Shown here: positions 12,001 to 20,419 of the stretch, one piece after another
How positions within the stretch are numbered: the stretch's first letter is position 1
How the letters are laid out: each line of letters starts with the position of its first letter
Assembly: GCA_965226235.1 (NCBI GenBank)
Contig: OZ245335.1
Coordinates: forward strand, 1,137,660-1,201,659
From: Candidatus Oxydemutatoraceae bacterium
Lineage (GTDB): Bacteria; Pseudomonadota; Gammaproteobacteria; Poriferisulfidales; Oxydemutatoraceae
Length of the DNA stretch: 64,000 nt
Direction: 5' to 3'
Position numbers and translations under genes: made by a program
The notes under the pieces: model-generated
The model's database searches: none
Seen by the model: only the letters and a program-made list of their open reading frames with translations
Told to the model about the DNA's origin: nothing

Positions 12001-12258
12001 AAACGTGCCGGAATCATCCGCTACCGCCACCGCCCCCAGGTCCAGGTGCACTGTCCCACCCATGATCTGCACCGGACTACTCTCAAACATTCGGCCGGTC
12101 GGATCCTCCAGCTGGAACTGCAAGTCGACCGGGGGGTTCCGGTGGGCGATCGACACGGTCAAATCCATCCGCTCGATCACGCCGTCCACCGGCACGATGA
12201 TGCTTGACTTGCTCGACTTGAAGCCGCTTCCCGACAACAGCCGGGTACGGATAGGCAT
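1..12258 (-). CDS. Giant repetitive surface/adhesin-like protein segment, open to the left window edge (at least 4086 codons): Ig-like units interleaved with about 8 P-domain-like modules
   Basis: The minus frame with codons on positions 3n+1..3n+3 starts at ATG 12258-12256, with an in-frame TGA at 12276-12274. The track lists no minus ORF of this phase between 1 and 12258, so the frame has no stop down to position 1 and the stop must lie left of the window. I translated about 12258-8640 directly. The rest rests on the missing-ORF argument and on spot translations. Recurrent sequence: PRRFRLSLS..RTERPNE.IPD.T.MQSVRS.ITV.DEITIESL.V.VEI.H..IGDLRV.LVSPEG..VALHD..GGSAENLFETYTSLDHAGLAALVG.PAQGEWTL.V.DY....GTLEAWSLEIN, which is the P-domain signature. 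Between copies are roughly 95-aa units of the form VEIVPR.F.L.F..V.AG.T.V.L.L. The ATG at 12258 sits inside a P-domain, so it is a frameshift artefact and not a true start. Confidence 0.8.
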   Translation of the reverse strand, partial: MPIRTRLLSGSGFKSSKSSIIVPVDGVIERMDLTVSIAHRNPPVDLQFQLEDPTGRMFESSPVQIMGGTVHLDLGAVAVADDSGTFSEAVSGLSARGQWTLFVSRVAGSEEEEIAVNEWSLQFDLLPSQQQGNVLQVMPGKWELEAVLTRVDGSVPRLASDEQLEIAFGYMDESGVASSEVTLSEAMFTETSDRTIVTLSVFPGASDGNLFFSSLTAPNRNLEELVPQRVEILERELFLGLETASGVPLYTGFSNSFGVDSFGVDVLAGATTGVRLILRNPAALFPGETVQVLLQPTTATVTVAPSAPLTLTAVQSSATFSVTARHDADPPEGMVVASGEVQRDDGTTVANTRVVSTALAVEIMPRSFRVSLLSETGAPVSVVYVLAAGSTPLRVRLSGVDTGFGRPQLFADEVFRLNLQDNLPADAGIEVLPGTVEFRAGSTEREIVLAVELDSSSRVPVLQSGRLPSPSLVNANVEQEPAIVEILPRELRLAFEPPGMIGILVGGTEAVVLTLSDASLLPESVNVNAVFAVAMSLGLSPSLTLMHPPLAFGRDSTSLRVELMVPDSSSTGSATLIASVDSVDTDIHASFVSARLLVNLLDMREFEWVFRSPQGEQLSTAVVVAGASTQLLVSLEGVSGERLFEGEQVDVTLGAVLSAVSPETASIQRGSPQAIVLTAFPDADQGDIDELQVQLTQTMPTELVDSVTIPSSTTLPVRVFSELALSFATPDGAARVLAGGTTEVVVALDNPGLLRVDEVVEVSLSAEIVVAVPSTLTLTPAMPRATFTIEARHDADPLEGMVLASGRVVPGEGRVAYTRVVSTTLSVEIAPRHFRLSLSNRSFSRTERPNEEIPDDTDEQSVRSSITVEDEITIGLLAVRVEIRHSFIRDLRVSLVSPGGADVLLHGETGGAAENIFETYTSLDHADLAALVGVPAQGEWTLTVGDYSGQDSGTLEAWSLEISQFPGVLAGGNAAVTASLAAVETPLGTPRLFAGETLAVGLIYVGTGVALSRQRVMFDAESSAVSVTLDATPDATPGTLTAVVAGAVPVNVEVAPAVLPMEIVPRRFRLSLSVAPADPARRIAREARPHAFIPDLDFAPLVSIITVTEDITIESLVVGVAISHPDRSELEVVLTPPGGTTVTLHRPNALDTGPDLVRAYMSVGDAGLAALVGGSAQGDWSLTVTDNFATESAGTLESWYLQINTGVQVLAGESIPVVVTLSGVDTPFGASRLFAGETLTADWTYTDGAGVTLPPVVFQVASPTSSVEVASMLSATPDATTGVGVLEARPDAAAGLVNAEIDPAVVPVQVLREFTFSFATPDGAPIEIITQPDNAGRRATTVQILIGGSRALVLVLDNPGLLGVGEVFILNLVPTLPNGNVSGGQGLEPGDVITLSMDRASNVRPRTVTLGLTGRVELESDGEQVLHTRVVPVSLRVEIVPRRFRLSLSPSNRFSRTERPNQEIPDGTVTQSVHNFITVGDEITIESLAVRVKIRHPRIGDLRVLLASPRGTGDVLLHGQTGSTADNLFETYTSLDHAGLAALVGESAQGQWALLVDNVSGDSGTLEAWSLEINGFVARVLAGGSAAVTASLVAVETPLGTPQLFTNEGLAGVGPDVVEVVLAYDGTGVALSTQMVTFDAESTTVGVTLDALFDATRGTLTAVVVGAISVNAEIAPGALPVEIAPRRFRLSLSGDDQFSRTERPNEAIPDSTGTGTQLVRSVITVRDEITIESLAVRVEIRHPFIGELRVFLTSPKDGTMALHDETGSSGENLFETYTSLDHAALAALVGAPARGTWELLVGDYRTGGIGTLEAWSLQINTGVQVLAGESIPVVATLSRVNTPFGASRLFAGETLTVDWTYTDGVGVTLSPVVFDVASPTSSIEAASTLSATLEATAGVLEATFDAAAGLVNAEIDPAVVPVEIVPRAFVLAFDASTVSVIAGATTEVVVVLENPDVLMEDEQLLVSLQPTTVTVIPLELTLTPTTPRATLTIAALFDAVSPLGMVVASGEVLSGDVDVPVANTRVVSATLAVEIVPRALALAFDLASVSVVAGATTQVTLTLTGDTGLIGDDEAVEVTFAYDSSDPDGGVQILEPVTFTAGSTAAVVMLEAATTATGGVLTASVPEAAGATVTPATLAVEIVPQTFTLALAFDLASVSVVAGATTQVTLTLTGDTGLIGDDEAVEVTFAYDSSDPAGSVRVAGPVEFTAGSTAAVVMLEVATIATGGVLTASLPDVAGAAVAPATLRIEVFPNEFRLVFEPPRVGILTGTEETVVLSLTDASRLPAGDEVLVGLLLDDASTVSVMSPTELSFDASATSHVVVLSVAADTSPGVTVLVASVGMPPASLAGAEFVDAELPVCIVGAREFEWVFRSPQGERLSAAVVVASASTRVAGASSPRVAGALTRVLVSLEGVAGKRLLGAEQVDVSVSVGAQSGLEIEPAEFTFRAGEMSQELELELAAFLPLAVQRDDLQLQLLGTMPDTLCTTIPPSATLPVRVLREFTISFATRDGAPLEITTPPDNAGPRATTLRILVGGSRELVLVLDDLELLGGDEKFLFDLLPPLPNGRVSSGDPPEPGDKVGFSTDLRSNVPLQMVTLGLIDGKVVSKDEDGDYKEVLHTRVVPVSLRVEFVPRRFRLSLSPAGVVQFSRTERPNEAIPDNTAMQSVRSTITVAEATVIKSLEVRVEISHLDIGDLRVLLVSPEGVVVALHDRMSGSAENLFETYTSLDHAGLAALVGVPAQGEWTLTVGDYNDGETGTLEAWSLEINGFARVLAGGSAAVTASLVAVETPLGTPQLFANEMLAGVGPEVVEVVLAYDDGTGVALSEQMVTFTAGRTAVDVTLDALLDATRGTLTAVAGAISVNAEIAPAALRIEVLPNEFRLVFEPPQIGILTGMTETVVLSLTNASHLPAGDEVLVRLRLDDASTVSVMSPTELSFDASATSHVVVLRAAADTSPGATVLVASVEMSPASLAGAEFMDAGLPVSIIGAREFKWVFRSPQGERLSTAVVVASASTRVAGASPRVTGASTRVLVSLEGVAGESLRDGEQVNVSVSAGAQLGLEIDPATLTFRAGEMSQELELELTALLPLAVQRDDLQLQLLETVPSTLRTTIPSSATLPVQVLREFTISFATRDGTPLEITTSPDNTSRGVTTVQILSGGDRTVMWVLDNPEFLDTELLGGDEKFLFDLLPPLRHGRVQSGQNAEPGDVFTFSMEDRSDLLPGTVQLRGLLAGRVVLESNDKEVLHTRVVPITLRVEIVPRRFRLSLSPAGVVQFSRTERPNEAIQDTFRQSVQSAITVGDEITIESLAVRVEIRHSFIGDLRVFLVSPKGAVVALHDEAGGSAENLFETYTSLDHAGLAALVGAPAQGVWTLSVGDYADGNIGTLEAWSLEINGFAPVLAGGSVSLVASLTAIRTPPLGIPRVFAGEELEVVLAYDDGTGVALSTQRVTFDADLTPVGVTLDALFNATRGTLTAVVAGAISVNAEIASAALPVEIAPRRFRLSLSSAAGKFSRTVRPNELIPDDTGMQSVRSVITVEDEITIESLTVQVEILHPFIGDLRVFLVSPEGEAVALHDRAGGSAENLFETYTSLDHAGLAALVGAPAQGEWTLTVDDYLLRGEIGTLEAWSLQINTGVQVIAGESIPVVATLSGVDTPFGASRLFAGETLTVDWTYTDGVGVTLSPVVFDVTSPTSSVEVASILSATSTATAGVLEAIFDAAAGLVNATVDPQEIPVIVVRRFRLAFVPATTARVLAGGATEVEVVLENAGLLREGETLQVTLRPTTATVIPLELTLTADEESTIFTIVAPFDAVPPLGMVVATGKVLLLADGTAVAHTRVGSTTLAVEIVPRAFTLALAFDLASVSVVAGATTQVTLTLTGDTELIGEDEAVEVTFAYDSSDPAGGGVEVVALGLVMFTAGSTAAVVMLEAATTATDGVLTASVPDVAGATVAPATLGVEIVPRAFTLAFDLASVSVVAGATAQVTLTLTGATELIGDDVFAATFTYAPSDSAGGGGVDVVALEPMMFTRGSTAAVVTLEAATTATDGVLEASVLDVDGAGAAVAPATLGVEIVPRVFALAFDLA
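1780..5540 (-). repeat. Tandem duplication of a ~1.88-kb (about 627-aa) multi-domain unit including one P-domain
   Basis: gaacaccaagcgaaactcgttcgg occurs at 3601 and 5479 (offset 1878). GTLEAW-encoding ends occur at 2086 and 3965 (offset 1879). Antisense ORFs 2744..3424 and 4445..5302 are paralogous. Confidence 0.75.
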
Positions 12259-13532
12259 TCTGAGCGAACGACTTCACCCCCAGCGACACCCGTAGCCGCA
12301 TCGGGGTGATGTCCACCGGCACGACCGGCGGCAACAGGCTGTCCGGTGCCACAAGATTCCCTGTCACCTCGCGCGCGCTCACAATCTGGAACCAGCCCTC
12401 AGCCACTTTCACCTCCGGCGGCGCGGAAATGGTAACCACCATGCTCGACGTCGTTGCGGCTCAAAATCAGCGTCGACGGGGGAAACAACCACTTGCGACG
12501 CTTCCAACTCAACCAACACAGACTGCGTCGCATCCAGCGTTGCAGCGTTTGTTAGTACCACGCGCACCTCGGTGGAGGCACCCGACTCCACCTCCACCCG
12601 GGTCGTCGCAAGCAACACTTCGCCGGCGAGCGTCTCGAGCGCGAGCAGCGGCAGGAATTCCACATCAATCCGCAGGGTCGCATCGTTGGCTTCGATGTCG
12701 GCTACCAGGCTGTCCTGCTCGAGGCTTGCACGCAGCGTCAGCCGCGACCCCGCCAGCGTAACCGGTACCGTCATCGTAACGGTCGACGAGCGCGCCTGAC
12801 CCGAGCCCTCCCGCGCGGCCAGCAACACCCCCATCCCCGCATTCCCGTCACTCTCGAGCATGATCCCCGTAACCGTGCTGCCATCCGCGTCCACCACCGT
12901 CAGGCGTATCCGCGGCGCGTCGTCCGGCACAAACCTCGAGTCGCCCTGTGCAGTCAGCGTCAATACCAGTTCTACCGTGGTCGACGCCGCGCCGGTGCGC
13001 ACTGCCAGGAAGCGGTTGCCTTCCGCATCCACCTGGCACATCCCCTTCCGTGGGAGGGTCGAGCGCCAGCGCGAATTGTCGCGGCAAGAGGTCAATCCGC
13101 AGGTCGTTGACCTTCACCCGGACGCAATCGCTCTCATCCGGCGCCAGCTCCGATGATCTGCACCGCGCGGACATCAAGTCGGAAGTGGATCCGGATCCTT
13201 GGTCACTATCGCGGTCAGAATAGTACTGCTGCGAAACCGCCTGCTCCCTGATTTCGCTGCTGACCACGACCGCAACCCGTGTCGTGAGCGCAACCGCATC
13301 AGAGCCCGCCGGCGCAGCCTCGAAGACCACTCGTGGTCGGACGTGACTCGACACCCGCTCGGTCTCCCGTCAATTCCAGACCCAGCTCCAGTTCATTCAA
13401 CCCCAGCGTTGACTCGACAGACCCAGCGGATGGGGACCCTCCAGGACGACGTCCACCATCAACTCACTGCCCAGCGTCAGCGTCGTCGCACGTCCGCCCC
13501 GCGATGGAGAAACGAGATGTTCATTTCGTGAA
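12259..13532 (-). pseudogene. Frameshift-riddled linker between the 1362-aa ORF and the 1..12258 frame (Ig-like and P-domain-like remnants)
   Basis: Track ORFs 13397..13651, 12848..13354, 12409..13095 and 12083..12442 are in different phases. Each has a stretch of plausible domain sequence, e.g. LTVVDADGSTVTGIMLESDG..TMTVPVTLAGSRLTLRASLEQD, or PPVVPVDITPMRLRVSLGVKSF. Each then runs into Arg/Pro/Trp-rich junk where the neighbouring phase picks up the sense. At least 4 phase changes occur in about 1.3 kb. Confidence 0.6.
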
Positions 13533-16500
13533 TCACTTCGATGAAACCCGAATCCGGGTGCAATGTCGCGCCCGCCGCCAGATTGTAAAGCCCTCGAACC
13601 CAATGTCGTGATCCGGGTTCGCCACCACCGACACCGGGCCACGCGGCGCATCGAGGGAGACGATCACCGGCACCGCGGCCCGCGTCGGGTCGCCGTCAAG
13701 CCCCATACCTGCCTCGAGACCCAGCTTCACGATCCGGAACTGCCTGAGGTCGGCCAGATCCATCTCCATCTCATCCGCAGCAAACGCGTTCGACGACAAC
13801 CACACACTCTGCAGGGGGTTGTCGGTCAGCACCACGGTTACGCTCTGCGTATCCGAATCGACGCGCGGTATGGTCGTTACGATGAACGTCGAGGCCTTCG
13901 TACCTGCCACCACCACCGGCGTCGTCGGCACAAAAATCACCTGCACCTGCGCCGCCCCTTCCGAATCGAACCGCACCGACAACGACTCGACGTCAACCTG
14001 CATCCGCGTCGATGCTGTGATCCGCGCCGTAACCACGCCGTCCTCCGCCGGTTCATCCAGCACCACCAGCACCTGCACCTGCGTGGTCTCGCCATCGAGC
14101 GACACGTCCAGGATGCCGTCGAACCGGTCGCCGTCGACGATCAGGTGCACATCTCCGGTCGCTTCAATCGACAATCTCGCCTCCTCGCCTGCCATCAGCC
14201 CCAGGCCCTGCGTGAGAGCATCGTGAAAAGTAAACACCAGCGGCGTCACTTCGCCTGCCGGAACCCTCCCCATCAGCGGGTCGCTGATCAGCGTCAGCGT
14301 GCGAATCACGACCAGTCTACGCGTCGACGGCTCCGGCTCCGCCAACCCAACGTCGCCCGCGTCGGGGACGCTTGCGCGCAGGACATAGTCAGCCGCCGTT
14401 GCCGTCGAGGCGACCGCCACAGCGACCGTGATCGTCGCCGTAGACCGATACATCTCGCCAAGCCCCATCGCCGTCCCTTCAAACTGCAACGTCTCGCTCC
14501 CGGAGAGCGAAAACGTCACGCTGTCTGTCGATCCATCGGGTGCCTCGGCCACCATCGTCAGATCCAGGAACTCTCCCGGCCGCAGGTCGGAAATCAACTC
14601 CACCTGCACCTGCGTGGTATCCCCGCGGACCAGCACCAGCGAGGTGTCCGCGTCCACGATGCGCAACTGTGGCACCGAACGTGGCGCAACGACCAGTGCG
14701 CGTGTCGACGACCCCGGCTCCGCCAACCCAACGTCGCCCGCGTCGGGGACGCTTGCGCGCAGGACATAGTCACCCGCCGTTGCCGTCGAGGCGACCGCCA
14801 CAGCGACCGTGACCGTCGTGAAAGACCGATGCTCCTCGCCAAAGCCGGTCGCCGTGCCTGTGAACCGCAACCCCCCGCCGTCAACCGGCGCAAACGTCAC
14901 GCCGACCATCGTCGACCCATCGCGCTCGGCCACCATCTGCAGTGTCAGGCTCTCCCCCGGCTGCAGGTCGGAAATCAGCTCCACCTGCACCTGCGTGGTA
15001 TCCCCGCGGACCAGCACCAGCGAGGTGTCCGCGTCCACGATGCGCAACTGTGGCACCGGACGCGAAACCAAGCGCACTTCCAGACTCCCGCGCACCTCCG
15101 AGATATGCAACGCCTCGTGACTGGCAGCGAGTGAGCGAAGCATCAACTGCAAGGTACTCGGCAAATCGACGACGCGGCTTGTGCTGCTTACAACCTGCAA
15201 ACTCACCGGCACCGCACCGCCACTGCCGTCGCCCACCAACTCGAGGGGGGCTCCCGGTGTGATTAGACTGCCGTCCTTCAGTAACTGAGCTCCGGTCGTG
15301 AAATCGGCGCGACTCAACTCCAGCACCTCGCCGAGGCCCAACACCCCACGCCCGGGGTCGAACGCCAACTGCACCGTCACCACCGTCGTATCGCCAGCGA
15401 CCAACTCCACCACGGGCGGAATAAACTCGAGCGCAAAGCCGCTGCGCGGCTCGATCACGAAAACCACCGTGGTTGGCACGAACACGCCGTCGAGCGTGCT
15501 TGCGTCGGGATCCGACCCGACCACCGCAACGATCACCGAGGTGGTCGCCGGCGCCGTTTGCGGAGGAATGCCGACCTGCACCGTCACGGCTTCGCCCGGC
15601 TCCAGCGCAATGCGCTCAACGAGCCCGCCGTCGGGAGAGATAAAGCCGACTTCGATGTCCGGATCCACCACCCCGGCGACCAACTGCAACGGCAGACGTT
15701 CGCCGGCGTTCAGCGGCTCGCCATCGACTGTATTCAGCGTTACCTCAAACCGGTGCGGCGTATCTATCCCCGGAATCACCGTCACCTCGTCCGGCGAAGC
15801 GGCCAGCACAAACCGCGGGCGCACAATCGACACAGCCAGCGGTCCGGCCGCCTGCGCCTCCACCAGTGTCGAAGCCACCACCTCCAGTAGTACTTCTCCC
15901 CGCGACAGCGGTGGCGTGCCGCGCGGCACCGACAACATCAGGGGCACCCGCTGATCTCTCTGCCTCAGCAGAAACTGCCTGCCGTCAAAATCGGCACCCA
16001 GGCCCGACACCGCAAGCGGAGTGGAAAAAACGAGCCGGACACCAATCTCTTCCTCGCTCAGCAAGCTACGCGGCGTAACCAACAGAACAACATCCTCGGG
16101 GGTGCTGCGACCCGCGACCAACGTAACCTCATCCGGATCGAACGCCACCTCCAGCTGCGGCAAAACGCGCAGCGGCAGCCTGCTCTCGCTACGAATCAAC
16201 TCCCGGTCAACGCCATCCACGCGCAATACCCCAAACGCATCAGCAACCGGGGATACTCCCTGGGCAACGGCTATCCGCACCGTGGTGGCATTGGCAAAAG
16301 AAGCCTCGGGCAATGAAGAAGCCTCGGGCAATGAAATCGGCGTGGTCTGCAGAAGCAACGACCTGCTTCGTTTGCCATTCTCATCCAGCAGGTCAAAGTA
16401 CCGGCTCAACTCCCCGGTGGCGTCCCCGGCAGCGTTCACATTCTCCACCCGCAAAGTCAGCCTGGTCTGCAACCCTTCGCGTAGCGGCGGGGCCAAGAAC

Positions 16501-17621
16501 AACAGAACCTCCTCCTGCTCGCCACGGCTCACGACCAACACCTTCAGCGTGTCGAGGGGCTTTGCGGCAGAGCGAAACTCCACTACCGAAGGCGGCGTAG
16601 TCACCTGCACGAACATCGCGATCAAGTCTCCGGCATCCGGACCAAACGGAGCGGGCGCCGGCATCAACTGGTCGAACATCCGGTTGAAATCCGCCAGGTC
16701 GCCGGCTTCAAAGTCTCGCGGAACACGGATCACCTCGACCGCCTCCAGGCCTGCCCGCGTTCCCGCCACCGTCGAAAACGGATCGACCACCAAACCGATC
16801 GGCGCGTCCGGGTGCGCGTGCACCGTAACCGGATACTGCGTGACGAACCCCCCGACGGCGTAGGAACCGAGCGTCGCCAGAACATAACCGGGACTATACG
16901 AGGACGTATACGAGGACGGGCGAGGCTCGCCGAGGTCGGTGACGGAAACCAGCGGAACGTTCCGATCCGTGAGCGTATCGAGATCGGAGAGAAATACCAC
17001 CACGCCCTGCGGCCCCCGATCGGGCAGGCCTTCCCGGCTCAACCACGGCCAGGTCGTCACCACCGCCGTCGCGCTACTGTCCTGCTGGACGAAAATCCGC
17101 TCGTAGTGATAAAACGCCGGCGGCTCCTCCAGGAGGTCGTTGACGAAAAACAACGTTACGTGGGTCGAGGCTGTGGTGCGCACGAGCTGCCTGTCCGCGT
17201 CCAGCACACCCACGCCGGTGCTCGCCTCAACGGTGGCGACCAGCCGGCCGTACTCCATGAAGGTGCTACCCAGATCCGGCGCTGCCGCCAGCAGCGTAAC
17301 CGGAACCCGCAGCGAATCTGCGCTCAGAGACACCGACTGCGTCTTGACGGCAACGTCACCGACCTCCAGCAGGTACAGACCGGTACTCTCTGTCGCCGGC
17401 AGCCGCACCTGTGCCAGCAATTCTTCGCCTTCCAGCAACGGCGGATTCGTGGTAATCCACAACTGCGTCGTGCTTCCCGCCATCATCCCCGCGCCCTCAA
17501 TATCGCCCGTGGGCTGGATCACCAGCCGCACGCCACGCAGCAACTGCACGTCGAGCCGTGCGTCAAAATGCACCTCGGCGTTGCCCGTCAGCACCGTCTG
17601 TGACGAGAACACGACCTGCAC
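13533..17621 (-). CDS. Repetitive Ig-like-domain surface protein segment (1362 aa); part of the colinear giant tract
   Basis: Track ORF. It has no signal peptide. It contains repeated V.V.P..F.L.F-type beta-sandwich units and a 127-aa tandem duplication (VPQLRIVDADTSLVLVRGDTTQVQVELISDL..). The last ~15 residues (WRRARHCTRIRVSSK) look like post-frameshift junk. Confidence 0.7.
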   Translation of the reverse strand: MQVVFSSQTVLTGNAEVHFDARLDVQLLRGVRLVIQPTGDIEGAGMMAGSTTQLWITTNPPLLEGEELLAQVRLPATESTGLYLLEVGDVAVKTQSVSLSADSLRVPVTLLAAAPDLGSTFMEYGRLVATVEASTGVGVLDADRQLVRTTASTHVTLFFVNDLLEEPPAFYHYERIFVQQDSSATAVVTTWPWLSREGLPDRGPQGVVVFLSDLDTLTDRNVPLVSVTDLGEPRPSSYTSSYSPGYVLATLGSYAVGGFVTQYPVTVHAHPDAPIGLVVDPFSTVAGTRAGLEAVEVIRVPRDFEAGDLADFNRMFDQLMPAPAPFGPDAGDLIAMFVQVTTPPSVVEFRSAAKPLDTLKVLVVSRGEQEEVLLFLAPPLREGLQTRLTLRVENVNAAGDATGELSRYFDLLDENGKRSRSLLLQTTPISLPEASSLPEASFANATTVRIAVAQGVSPVADAFGVLRVDGVDRELIRSESRLPLRVLPQLEVAFDPDEVTLVAGRSTPEDVVLLVTPRSLLSEEEIGVRLVFSTPLAVSGLGADFDGRQFLLRQRDQRVPLMLSVPRGTPPLSRGEVLLEVVASTLVEAQAAGPLAVSIVRPRFVLAASPDEVTVIPGIDTPHRFEVTLNTVDGEPLNAGERLPLQLVAGVVDPDIEVGFISPDGGLVERIALEPGEAVTVQVGIPPQTAPATTSVIVAVVGSDPDASTLDGVFVPTTVVFVIEPRSGFALEFIPPVVELVAGDTTVVTVQLAFDPGRGVLGLGEVLELSRADFTTGAQLLKDGSLITPGAPLELVGDGSGGAVPVSLQVVSSTSRVVDLPSTLQLMLRSLAASHEALHISEVRGSLEVRLVSRPVPQLRIVDADTSLVLVRGDTTQVQVELISDLQPGESLTLQMVAERDGSTMVGVTFAPVDGGGLRFTGTATGFGEEHRSFTTVTVAVAVASTATAGDYVLRASVPDAGDVGLAEPGSSTRALVVAPRSVPQLRIVDADTSLVLVRGDTTQVQVELISDLRPGEFLDLTMVAEAPDGSTDSVTFSLSGSETLQFEGTAMGLGEMYRSTATITVAVAVASTATAADYVLRASVPDAGDVGLAEPEPSTRRLVVIRTLTLISDPLMGRVPAGEVTPLVFTFHDALTQGLGLMAGEEARLSIEATGDVHLIVDGDRFDGILDVSLDGETTQVQVLVVLDEPAEDGVVTARITASTRMQVDVESLSVRFDSEGAAQVQVIFVPTTPVVVAGTKASTFIVTTIPRVDSDTQSVTVVLTDNPLQSVWLSSNAFAADEMEMDLADLRQFRIVKLGLEAGMGLDGDPTRAAVPVIVSLDAPRGPVSVVANPDHDIGFEGFTIWRRARHCTRIRVSSK
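14290..15110 (-). repeat. 381-bp (127-aa) coding tandem duplication with near-identical flanks and a diverged core
   Basis: ctccgccaacccaacgtcgcccgcgtcggggacgcttgcgcgcaggacatagtca occurs at 14337 and 14718 (offset 381). ctccacctgcacctgcgtggtatccccgcggaccagcaccagcgaggtgtccgcgtccacgatgcgcaactgtggcacc occurs at about 14600 and again about 381 bp downstream (about 14980). Confidence 0.85.
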
Positions 17622-20419
17622 CGCGCTTGAGCGCTCCGGAACGACTCCTTCGGCGACGCGTACCTCGATCGTCCCCGCGACACCGCGGCATCAAACGTGA
17701 GCGTGACCGGCGTCACCGAAACCGCCCCCGGAGGCGCGCCAAAGCACGCCGACGCTGTCCACTGCCTCAGCAAGCAACAACGGCCGATCCAGCGCGACCT
17801 GCACCGGCTGCGACGACAGACCCAGTAGCTTGCCGACCTCGCCGACCACCAGCTCAATCCGCGGAGGCATAAACCCGCGCCCGAATCTGACGCGGCACTA
17901 CCATCGACCCTCACCGTGCGCGAGACCAACTCCAGGTTGGCGCGATAGGCGTCCCGGGTTGGAGATGGCCACCTCCTGTGACCGTGCTCCTCCTCGCGCA
18001 ACAACTCGACCGCGATCTGCCCCATCGGCGGCACCCCGACCTCGGCCGACAACCTCACCGCGTCTATCCGCAACCGCGTATCCGGTAAACATCAGGGTCG
18101 TGAGTTGCTCGTCCGATGGCAGCCTGCGTCGTCCAACGACTCGGTCAACAACAGGCGCACGTGCAATTCCTCGCTCCGCAAGCACGATTGACTGGAGGTG
18201 TTATGTCGGCCTGCAACTCCACCGAAAACCTCGGTGCTGCCGCCGGCTTCAACGACCAGATTCCTCGACTACAACGGCCATTCCTGGCTTAAACACGATG
18301 TCAAATCGGGCGCGGCTCGACCGTAACCTCGCAGCGGTTCGTGCGGCACAACCTCCGCCGGCGTCGTAATGAACTGGGTGGAACCAGCGTCTCAAACCAA
18401 TAGGATGTCAGTGTCCACCGCATCCAGATTCGCAATGAACCTACGAACCCGTCTCCGGATCCTCGGGCCGAAATCAAGCCTGCCGTCGGACAGACTCGGG
18501 TGCAAGCCAGCCGTAGCGTCGAAATCGGTACGAAATCCCGCATTGTCTCGCGATCTGATACGTCTGGTACGCCGAAGCCGCAGACAGCTCCGAACCGACG
18601 TCCGAGAGTCCTACGCTTGAATGTCTGTGGTACTTCCCGCCGTTACCCGCACCACGGCAGAACACATCCAGGACTGAAAATCCGAAACGACGTTCACTTC
18701 CAGGGGGGTCGAGACAACGAGACTCGCATTATGAAACTCACTAGTCGGCCCCGGATCAATCTGCAACCGCCCGCGCAATGCCGCTCGTCCCACGCCGACA
18801 GTGGCAGTCACCACCTGCGTCGTGCCCCGGAATGCAACCATAATCGATCCATCCCCCGTCTCCGATATCCCCATCCCCAATGCAGACATGGTCACCCCTT
18901 CGGGGTCAGTATCATTTAACGCATCTGGCGTCAACGCTCCGTTATTCAACGCGTCCTCGTACCAATATCTGGCCAGAAGAAGCAACTCCTCGCCCGGGGC
19001 AAACCGATGTCCCTCCGGCGAAGTAAGCAGGATCCTCACCTCTGTGGTGCTTCCGGAGCTGTCGGCGCGCAGCGACACACGTTCGGGCTCGAAGCTGACC
19101 ACGAATTGCCGCTCGCCGATTCGCACCAACAAAGTCGCCGGGACAAACTGTGCATTCAATGCAGCGGCGCGCTCGTCCGAAACCGCCGCGTGGACGCTCG
19201 CCGCGAACTGCGGTGGAAGCGACAAACAGCCCCAACCCCGAAAAAGCCCCGCTCCGCGTCCAAGGAATACATTTGGTCGGCCGCATGGCCCAAGGAGGGG
19301 GTTACCAGAAACCACTCCACTACCAGGAGCGGCGGTTACATCGACCGTGGCTGCGTCGGGTGGCTTGGGCAACCCGACCCCATCCAGTGACCGCACCGCC
19401 ACCACGAACTGCTGCGTCGTGTTGGCAGTAATTACCGTCTCACCGATGCCATCGCCGTCCTCTGTGAGCGCAAAGAACAACTCGAACCGCGGACGCCTGA
19501 CCTCGACCGGCAGGCCCGGCCCCGCGACGATATCCAGACCGGTTGGTGTCTCTGATGTTCTCATGCCGCACCGTAACCCTCCACCACGCCAGAGACCGGC
19601 TGTGCATCCCGGTCTGCATACAGGTACACCGCCACGACAGGGGTCGACCCCGACAACTCTACTATCACCTGGGTGCTCCTCTCCCTGGCGAACGGGTCCA
19701 GGGCCGGGGCCTCCAGCGACAGCAACAGTCCACCAACCGATCCCGCAACCGAACTTGAATCCAGCGACAATGTCGCCACTTGGCTAAGCCCAACAAGCGG
19801 GGGATCCGTAGAGACCTGCACCGGGGGTCGACACGCACGCCGTATAGTCCACGCACCCGGAGATCACCGTAGCGTTCGAAGGAGCAAAAACCACCGTCGA
19901 TTGCGGCAACACCGTGATACCCAGGCGCCCTGGCTGTACAAGATCCACGTTGCTCGCCGTCCGACTTCCTCGCCACCAGGTTGCCCTGCTGATCCGCGCG
20001 CGACGCCAGGATACTCACCGTCGCCCGCGGCGAGTGTCACCGTAAACCTAACTTGTGCTCTGCGACACCGTCAGGCCTTCCACGCCTTCCGGGGTCAGCG
20101 ACAGCGTGATCGTCTGCGGCCGCCCGCGGGAGGATGTTCAGGGACACCTTTGCTTCCTTCTCACCATCCACGACCAGAACCAGATCGAGCGGATCAAACA
20201 CCACCGCTGTACGCAGACTGACGATCCTCACCAGTGGAACGAACCGCGGGTCGCGCTCAAATACGATCGGTGGCACCGGCGGCCTGAGGTTCGTCTCAAA
20301 GATCAACGGGGTAAAGTCGGACAAGTACACCACCGTGCCAATCTCGGCGTCTGCCGCGGCCCACACCTCGATCTTCTTCTCCGCCGACGCCGTGCTCGCC
20401 ACCCAGATCAACGCCCAGA
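17622..20419 (-). pseudogene. Degraded coding zone of the giant tract (multiple phase changes)
   Basis: Only short or medium minus ORFs in three phases are present: 20037..20423, 19561..19821, 18611..19564 and 17588..18073. Each contains beta-strand-rich sense stretches, e.g. ERQFVVSFEPERVSLRADSSGSTTEVRILLTSPEGHRFAPGEELLLL, mixed with junk. There are no plausible starts or signal peptides. Confidence 0.55.
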
